From an uncultured Candidatus Rokubacteria bacterium (lineage in GTDB: Bacteria > Methylomirabilota > Methylomirabilia > Rokubacteriales > CSP1-6): a stretch of 64,000 nt of DNA. Positions 57,673-64,000 of this stretch are shown in pieces. The position numbers and the translations under genes were made by a program. Under the pieces are notes generated by a model. It was not told the DNA's origin, made no database searches, and saw only the letters and a program-made list of their open reading frames with translations. The stretch is from positions 160,001 to 224,000 of the forward strand of contig CAVVEU010000014.1 of the NCBI GenBank assembly GCA_963747235.1, in the 5' to 3' direction. Position 1 is the first letter of the stretch; every line of letters starts with the position of its first letter.

Positions 57673-59187
57673 CTAGGTGTCGACGGGGATGCGGGAGCGC
57701 CAGTCCAGGTGCGGGAGATCAGGGGGCGCAGGGCCAGGATCACGAGGACGAGGCCGATGGCCAGCAGGGTGACCGAGATGGGCCGGGTGACGAAGATCGC
57801 GTAGTTGCCGGCGGACATGGCCAGCGACTGGCGGAGCGAGAGCTCCATCATCGGCGCCAGCACCAGCCCCAGCACGATCGGCGCGGTCTCGAAGTCGAGC
57901 TTGCGCAGCAGGTAGCCCACCACGCCCATCCCCAGCATGATCCACACGTCCACCACGCTGCTGTTGACCGCGTACACGCCCAGGATCGAGCAGACGAGCA
58001 CGATCGGGTACAAGACCGGGTACGGCACCCGCAGCAGGTTCACGAAGAGGCCGACCAGCGGCAGGTTCAGGATCAGCAAGATCACGTTGCCCACGTACAT
58101 CGAGGCGATGAAGCCCCAGAAGAGCCGCGGGTCCTGCTGGATCAGCAGCGGGCCCGGCGTCACCCCGTGCACCATCATGGCGGCCAGCAGCAGCGCGGCC
58201 ACCGGCACGCCGGGCACGCCCAGCGCCAGCATCGGCACGAAGGCGCCCGGACGTCGCCGCGTTGTTGGCCGACTCCGGGCCCGCCACGCCGGCGACGGCC
58301 CCCTTGCCGAACTCCTCCGGGTGCTTCGAGACCTTGCGCTCGACCGCGTAGGAGACGAACGTCGAGATCACGTGCGCGGAGCCCGGGATGATGCCGATCA
58401 GGAAGCCGATCCCGGTCCCGCGCCAGATCGGCATGTGCGCCTCGCGCCACTCCTGGCGCGACGGCAGGAGGTCGCGCAGCCGCGGGCGGATCACCGCGGG
58501 CGGATTCTCCTGCCCCGCGGTGAGCAGGATCTCGGCGAGCCCGAAGAGCCCCACCGCCACCGGCACCACGCCGATGCCGTCCGCCAGCTCGGTCACGCCG
58601 TAGGCGAAGCGGAAGTAGCCGCTCATCTGGTCGATGCCGATCATGCCGAGGAGCAGCCCCAGCGCCGCCATCGCGAGGCCCTTCAGCATCGAGCCGGTGT
58701 TCATGTAGGCGAGCACGAGGAGGCCCAGCAGCAGGAGGGCGAAGTACTCGGGCGGGCCGAAGCGCAGCGCGAAGGCGGCCAGCGGCGGGGCCAGGAACAT
58801 GAGCGCGACCACGCTCACCGTCCCGGCCACGTAGGAGCCGACCGCGGCGATGGTCAGCGCCGGCCCCGCGCGGCCCTTGCGCGCCATCGCGTAGCCGTCG
58901 ATGCACGTCATCACCGACGCGGCCTCGCCGGGGATGCGCATCAGGATGGACGTGGTCGACCCGCCGTACATCGCGCCGTAGTAGATGCCGGCCAGCATGA
59001 CGAGCGCGCGCGTGGCGTCGAGCCCGTAGGTCACCGGCAGCAGCAGGCTGATCCCGGCGAGCGGGCCCACCCCCGGCAGCACGCCCACCAGGGTGCCGAC
59101 CAGGCAGCCGATGAAGCCGTACCAGAGCACCCCGGGGGTGAGGGCCACCTGGAAGCCCAGGGCCAGGTTCTGGAGCGTCTCGAGCAA
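57673..59187 (-). CDS. tctA: Tripartite tricarboxylate transporter permease TctA; frameshifts near 58250 and 57715
   Basis: [37 protein letters not shown]. Confidence 0.93.
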   Translation of the reverse strand: MLETLQNLALGFQVALTPGVLWYGFIGCLVGTLVGVLPGVGPLAGISLLLPVTYGLDATRALVMLAGIYYGAMYGGSTTSILMRIPGEAASVMTCIDGYAMARKGRAGPALTIAAVGSYVAGTVSVVALMFLAPPLAAFALRFGPPEYFALLLLGLLVLAYMNTGSMLKGLAMAALGLLLGMIGIDQMSGYFRFAYGVTELADGIGVVPVAVGLFGLAEILLTAGQENPPAVIRPRLRDLLPSRQEWREAHMPIWRGTGIGFLIGIIPGSAHVISTFVSYAVERKVSKHPEEFGKGAVAGVAGPESANNAATSGRLRADAGAGRARRAGGRAAAGRHDGARGDAGPAADPAGPAALLGLHRLDVRGQRDLADPEPAAGRPLREPAAGAVPGLVPDRARLLDPGRVRGQQQRGGRVDHAGDGRGGLPAAQARLRDRADRAGAGAGADDGALAPPVAGHVRRQLRDLRHPAHLGHPAGHRPRPRDPGPAPPDLPHLDWRSRIPVDT

Positions 59188-59190
59188 GAC

Positions 59191-59631
59191 TCAGAGCCCG
59201 AAGGGCCCGCGGGGCAGCGGCACGCGCAGCAGGGTGTCGAAGACGAAGAACGAGCCCCAGGCCATCGCCACCGTGAGCGTGAGCCCGAGCGCCCAGCCCT
59301 TGCGCTCCACGACCAGCAACAGGAACGCCACCACGACCGCCATGGTGAGCCGGTAACCGAGCCGCTCGAGCCCCCACGCGGCGAACGCGCAGGCGCCGAA
59401 GATGGCGAGCGCGTGGCGCCACTCCGGCCAGCCCACCTCGGCCAGGCGGCGGACGCGCGCGTCCATCGCGAACACCGCCGCGCCGAAGAGGATCAGCAGC
59501 GCGGCCAGGACCACCGGCATGTAGGCGGGCCCGGGCCGGTGGAGCGAGCCGAGCGGGAAGACCCGGCTCTCCCAGATCGTGACGAGCCCGATCAGCACGA
59601 GCGCCCCGCCGGCGACGCGGTCGACGGTCAC
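59191..59631 (-). CDS. tctB: Tripartite tricarboxylate transporter TctB
   Basis: PGPAYMP, ERLGY, LLRVPLPRG; lies between tctC and tctA. Confidence 0.88.
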   Translation of the reverse strand: MTVDRVAGGALVLIGLVTIWESRVFPLGSLHRPGPAYMPVVLAALLILFGAAVFAMDARVRRLAEVGWPEWRHALAIFGACAFAAWGLERLGYRLTMAVVVAFLLLVVERKGWALGLTLTVAMAWGSFFVFDTLLRVPLPRGPFGL

Positions 59632-59645
59632 GGCGCGCCCGGACG

Positions 59646-60630
59646 CTACTCGACCTTGCCGATCTGCTTCACCACCTCCGCGAGCCGGGCCGCGTCCTTG
59701 GCCCACCACGCGTTGAACTCGTCGGCGTCCATGTAGGCGATCGGGGTCTCGAGCTTGGCGTGCGAGGTGACCACCTCCGGCTCCTTCACCGCCTGACGGG
59801 CCGCGTCGCGCAGGATCTTGATGATGTGCGGCGGCGTGCCCTTCGGCGCCACCAGGCCCGCCCACGCGGTGTACTCGACGTCATAGCCCTGGGCCTTGAA
59901 CGAGGGGACGTCCGGGTAGGCCGCGACCGGCGCCGTCCCGCTGTGGGCGAGCAGCCGCAGCTTGCCGGCCTTCACGTGCTGGGCGGCCAGGCTCACCGGC
60001 GTCATCACGAGCTGGGCGTGGCCGCCCAGCATGGCGTTCATCATCGGCCCCCCACCCGTGGTCGGCAGGTGGCGCATCTTGATGCCGGCCGCCTTGATGA
60101 ACATCTCCATCGGAATGTGCGCCGCCCCGTAGAGGCCGGAGGAGGTGAAGACGATCTCGCCGGGCCGCTTCCTGGCGTCGTCCACCAGGTCCTTGAGCGT
60201 CTTCCACGGCGCGTCGGCCCGGACCACCAACATGGACGGATCGGCGTTGATCGCGGGCGATGCCGGTGAGCTGATCGAGCGTGTAGTTCTGCGGACGCCC
60301 GAAGAGCTTGTCGACCTCGGGCAGGACCGAGACGCTGACGAGGGCCATCAGCAGCGTGTAGCCGTCCGGCTTGCTGGTGGCGACGACCTGGTTGCCCACC
60401 GCTCCCGCCGCGCCGGGCTTGTTGATGATCGGGACCGGCTGCTTGAGGAGGCGCTCGAGCGCCGCCGCCACCGGCCGCGCCGTGTTGTCGGCCAGGCCAC
60501 CGGGCGGAAACGCCACCACGATGGAGACCGGCCGCGTGGGATAGGGCTCCTGGGCCCACGCGGAGCTCGCCGCGATCGCGGTCAGCAGGACGAACAGGCC
60601 CAGCCCGGAGAGCGCTCGCCTCATGCTCAT
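59646..60630 (-). CDS. tctC: Tripartite tricarboxylate transporter substrate-binding protein (Bug/TctC); frameshift near 60255
   Basis: YPTRPVSIVVAFPPGG, NKPGAAG, KPDGYTLL, GKLRLLA, APKGTP. Confidence 0.92.
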
Positions 60631-60749
60631 CTCCTTTGATGAAGAGCCGATGGGGTGCGGTCGCAGCCAGGGCCGAAGCCTAGCAGCCGGTCCCCGAGCA
60701 GGTCAAGGCGCGCTCATTGTAGACTGGCGCGCCACGGAGGCAGACCACC

Positions 60750-62399
60750 ATGGCGACGAACGGCAAGCTCACGGTCCTGAACCCGGTCGGCTTCGCTCCG
60801 AAGATCACCCGCAAGGAGCTGGCCCCTCGGCTCGACACGCTGCACGGCAAGACCGTCTACCTGGTGGACTGCCGCTTCGACGACTCGGACGTCTTCCTCC
60901 AGCAGATGCAGGCCTGGTTCGCCGAGCACATGCCGGCGGTGAAGACGATCGTCAAGCCGATCTCGAGCGTGTATCTCAAGGACGATCCGGCGACCTGGCA
61001 GGAGATCAAGGCGCGCGGGCATGCCGCCATCGTCGGCGTCGGCCACTGAAGCACCTGCGCGCCGGCGGTCGCCGCGCACGCGATGACGATCGAGGCCGCC
61101 TACGGGGTCCCCACCGTCGCCCTGCACACCGACAAGTTCGACCGCGTGGTCGGCGCCGTCGCGGCCCAGAACGGCATGCCGGGCCTGCGCCAGGCGTTCG
61201 TGCCCCAGCCGGTCATGGGCAAGACGGCGGCGGAGCTCCGCGCCTACATCGACGGGCGTGATCCGATCAGCCGGCGGCCGGTCATGCAGGAAGTGATCGA
61301 GGGGCTGACCCGGCCCTTCGCCGACGACGAGCGCGGCGCGATCGACTTCGACCGGTCCACGCCGCGGCTCGTCGAGCCCGACACCGAGGAGGCCCTGCAC
61401 CGCCTCTTCCTCGACCGCGACTGGACGGACAAGCTGCCGATCGTGCTCCCCACCGAGGAGCGCGTGGCCGCGATGCTGGCCGCGACCCGGCGCCGGCCCG
61501 ACGAGGTGGTCGGGCGCATGCGGCCGACCCATTTCCGGGAAGCGTGGGAGTACACGGTCGAGAAGGTCGCGGTGAATGCGGTCATGGCCGGCGCCGAGCC
61601 CGCGTACTTTCCGGTGATCCTGGCCCTCGCCGCGACGGGGGTGAGCGCGCGTGGCAGCAGCTCGAGCTCGCTCGCCACCATGGCGGTCGTCAACGGCCCG
61701 GCGCGCCACGAGATCGGCATGAACGTGGGCACCGGCGCGCTCGGCCCCCACAACCACGCCAACGCGACCATCGGCCGCGCCTACGGGCTCCTCTCGCAGA
61801 ACCTCCAGGGCGGCTCGGTCCCCGGCCTCACCTACATGGGCTCCATGGGCAACAACTACGCGTACAACAGTGTGACGTTCGGCGAGAACGAGGAGCGGAG
61901 CCCCTGGGAGCCCTTCCACGTCCAGCACGGCTTCCGGCCGACCGACAGCGCGGTCAGCGTGTTCACCGGCTGCCGCTCGACGGCCTTCACCCTCGGGCTC
62001 CGGGAGCGGTACTGGCGCGAGCATGTCCGCAACATGTTCCGCGGCATGGACCCGCACACCCCGCCGACCCTCCTGCTGGATCCCATCACCGCGCGGCAGT
62101 TCGTGGACCGGGGCGGGTTCCTGAAAAAGGATGCGCTCATCGACTGGCTCTACGACAATGCGCGGATGCCGGCCGGCGAGTACTGGGACTACCAGCTCGT
62201 GCAGAACTACATCTATCCCCGCGCCACCTTCGGCGAGGAGCCGTGGGCGTCCAAGCTCAAGGCGGCGCCCGACGAGCTGATCCCGATGTTCCGGCGCGAG
62301 GACATCCACGTGGTGGTCGTCGGGGGCGAGACCAACGGCTACTGGCGCATCATGGGCTGCGCGTACCAGACCACGCTCTCCGTCGACGCGTGGCGCTAG
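60750..62399 (+). CDS. Selenoprotein, UGSC-like (UxxC) domain fused to a large uncharacterised domain; Sec codon TGA at 61047-61049
   Basis: ORFs 60750-61049 and 61083-62399 share a frame; reads AAIVGVGH-U-STCAPAVAAHAMTIE..GVPTV; hairpin follows the TGA. Confidence 0.85.
61056..61078 (+). promoter_or_regulatory. Candidate bacterial SECIS element
   Basis: TGCG-cgc-CGGC-GGTC-GCCG-CGCA; G-containing loop starts 17 nt after the TGA. Confidence 0.6.
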
Positions 62400-62410
62400 A
62401 GAAAGGACTC

Positions 62411-63325
62411 ATGAAGCTCAGCGTCGAGTTTCCGAGCGTGTCCTACCGGGAGGGCCCGGCCGCGGTGGCCGACCTCGCCCGCGCCATCGAGCGGATCGGC
62501 TACGACCACATCGACATCTTCGACCACGTGGTCATGGGCGTGCCGATCGAGGGCCGCCCCCGCGGCCCCTACAACGCGGCGATGCCGATCCTCGAGGCCC
62601 TGATGGCGCTCTCCTACATCGCGGCCGTCACCACCCGCGTCACCCTCGGCACCGAGGTGCTCGTGCTCCCGCAGCGCCACCCCACGCTGGTGGCCAAGCA
62701 GGTGAGCACGCTCGACACGCTCTCCGGCGGCCGCGTGCGGCTCGGGGTGGGCGTCGGCTGGCAGGAGTCGGAGTACGAGGCCCTCGGCGAGCCCTTCCGG
62801 ACGCGGGGCGCGCGCATGGACGAGGCCATCCGCCTCCTGCGCGCCTACTGGACCGACGCCGAGGTGAGCTTCGAGAGCGCGCACTACCCCATGGTGTCCA
62901 TGGCCATGGAGCCCAAGCCGCCGCAGGCCGGCCGCCTGCCGATCTGGATCGGCGGTCTCTCGGAGGCCGCGTTCCGGCGCGTGGGCCGGCTCGGCGACGG
63001 CTGGCTCGCCAGCCGGGTCACCGACGCGGCCGGCGCGCGCGAGGCCATCGAGGCCATCCATCGCCACGCGGAAGCGGCCGGGCGCGATCCCGGCGCCATC
63101 GGCCTGCAGAGTATGGTGGCGCCGCCGCCCCGCGACGCGGCGGGCAAGACGTTCTACGCCGACCACGACGCGGTGGTGGCCCGCGTCGCCGCGCTCAAGG
63201 CCATGGGCTTCGGCTGGGTCGCGCTCAACGCCACCGCGATCTTCCAGGCCGGTGCGCGCTCCGTGGCCGCGATGACCGAGCAGCTCGCCACGCTGCACGA
63301 CCGCCTCCGCGCCGAAGTCGGCTGA
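62411..63325 (+). CDS. LLM-class oxidoreductase (putative F420/FMN-dependent)
   Basis: IGYDHIDIFDHVV, LPQRHPTLVAKQ, SGGRVRLGVGVGW, PIWIGG; RBS AAAGGA. Confidence 0.92.
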   Translation: MKLSVEFPSVSYREGPAAVADLARAIERIGYDHIDIFDHVVMGVPIEGRPRGPYNAAMPILEALMALSYIAAVTTRVTLGTEVLVLPQRHPTLVAKQVSTLDTLSGGRVRLGVGVGWQESEYEALGEPFRTRGARMDEAIRLLRAYWTDAEVSFESAHYPMVSMAMEPKPPQAGRLPIWIGGLSEAAFRRVGRLGDGWLASRVTDAAGAREAIEAIHRHAEAAGRDPGAIGLQSMVAPPPRDAAGKTFYADHDAVVARVAALKAMGFGWVALNATAIFQAGARSVAAMTEQLATLHDRLRAEVG

Positions 63326-63340
63326 TCCGCCGAGCTCCCG

Positions 63341-64000
63341 TTGCTCCCGACGCCACACGTGATGGCGCTGTCGAGTGCCCTGTGCGCGGCGTCCGCGACC
63401 ATCCTCATCCAGCGCGGGCTGCGCGGCTCGACCTTCTACGCCGGCGCCTGGATCAACGTGGTGGTGGGCGTGATCGCCGCGTGGTCGGCCGCCCTCCTGC
63501 TCGTCCGCTTCGACACGTTCCCGTGGCAGGCGGTCCCCTACTTCGCCCTCTCGGGCCTGATCGGCACCACCGGCGGCCGGCTCTTCCGCGTCCTCGCCAT
63601 CCAGAAGGTCGGCGCGCCGGTGGCGTCCGCCGTCAACAACATGACCCCGCTGGTGGCCAGCGGGCTGGCCATCCTGCTGCTGGGCGAGCGCGTGACGCTG
63701 CCCATCATCGGCGGCACGCTGGTCATCGTCGCGGGCACGATTCTGTTGTCGCTCAGCGGGCGCCTGGTGGGATTCCGCGCCCGCGATCTCCTGTATCCCT
63801 TCATCGCGGCCTCGTGCTTCGGCACGGTCCAGATCCTGCGCAAGCTCGGCCTGGCCTCGGCGGGCCCGCTGCTCGGCGCCACCATCAACGTCACCGCGGC
63901 CCTCATCGCGACGACCGCCTTCGTGGCGGCCTCGGGAAACCTGGGGTCGCTCCGCTGCAGCCGGCGGAGCCTGCTCTACTTCATCGGGGGCGGCATCGCG
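63341..64000 (+). CDS. DMT/EamA family transporter (partial, runs off the window; start approximate)
   Basis: Manual translation: MALSSALCAASATILIQRGL...FALSGLIGTTGGRL...PLVASGLAILLLGE. Confidence 0.8.
   Translation, partial: MLPTPHVMALSSALCAASATILIQRGLRGSTFYAGAWINVVVGVIAAWSAALLLVRFDTFPWQAVPYFALSGLIGTTGGRLFRVLAIQKVGAPVASAVNNMTPLVASGLAILLLGERVTLPIIGGTLVIVAGTILLSLSGRLVGFRARDLLYPFIAASCFGTVQILRKLGLASAGPLLGATINVTAALIATTAFVAASGNLGSLRCSRRSLLYFIGGGIA

Noticed and set aside
55302-58238. Apparent TctA-CoxL fusion (978 aa)
   Set aside because: A plausible TctA end ([11 protein letters not shown]-stop at 57673) lies in an adjacent frame; indel artefact.

Overview
A 64-kb, very GC-rich bacterial chromosome segment. 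Gene content and style suggest Candidatus Rokubacteria/Methylomirabilota, but this is inference only. It carries groES-groEL with a perfect CIRCE operator, an Fe3+ ABC transporter, an MrfAB-type repair pair and rlmD. A long housekeeping run follows (dciA/TPR, lipoprotein, ispE, tRNA-Gln, prs, rplY, pth, mutS2, dnaG, rpoD, tRNA-CAU, Zn-ribbon protein, rnhA), then rnpB and many catabolic/redox genes (two CoxL-like subunits, LigB/LigA-like dioxygenase, three LLM oxidoreductases, TctCBA). Many genes, including essential ones, are broken by small indels that look like long-read assembly errors, so they are called CDS rather than pseudogenes and some boundaries are approximate. Best leads: (1) a ~549-aa selenoprotein (UGA-Ser-Thr-Cys plus SECIS-like hairpin) that the ORF track splits in two; (2) an apparent DciA-membrane segment-TPR fusion; (3) a ~50-nt element repeated just downstream of two unrelated tRNA genes; (4) a dispersed hairpin repeat with G-quadruplex potential; (5) candidate operators and leaderless promoters. 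No CRISPR array, integrase or transposase was seen. All family assignments come from motif recognition, not database searches.
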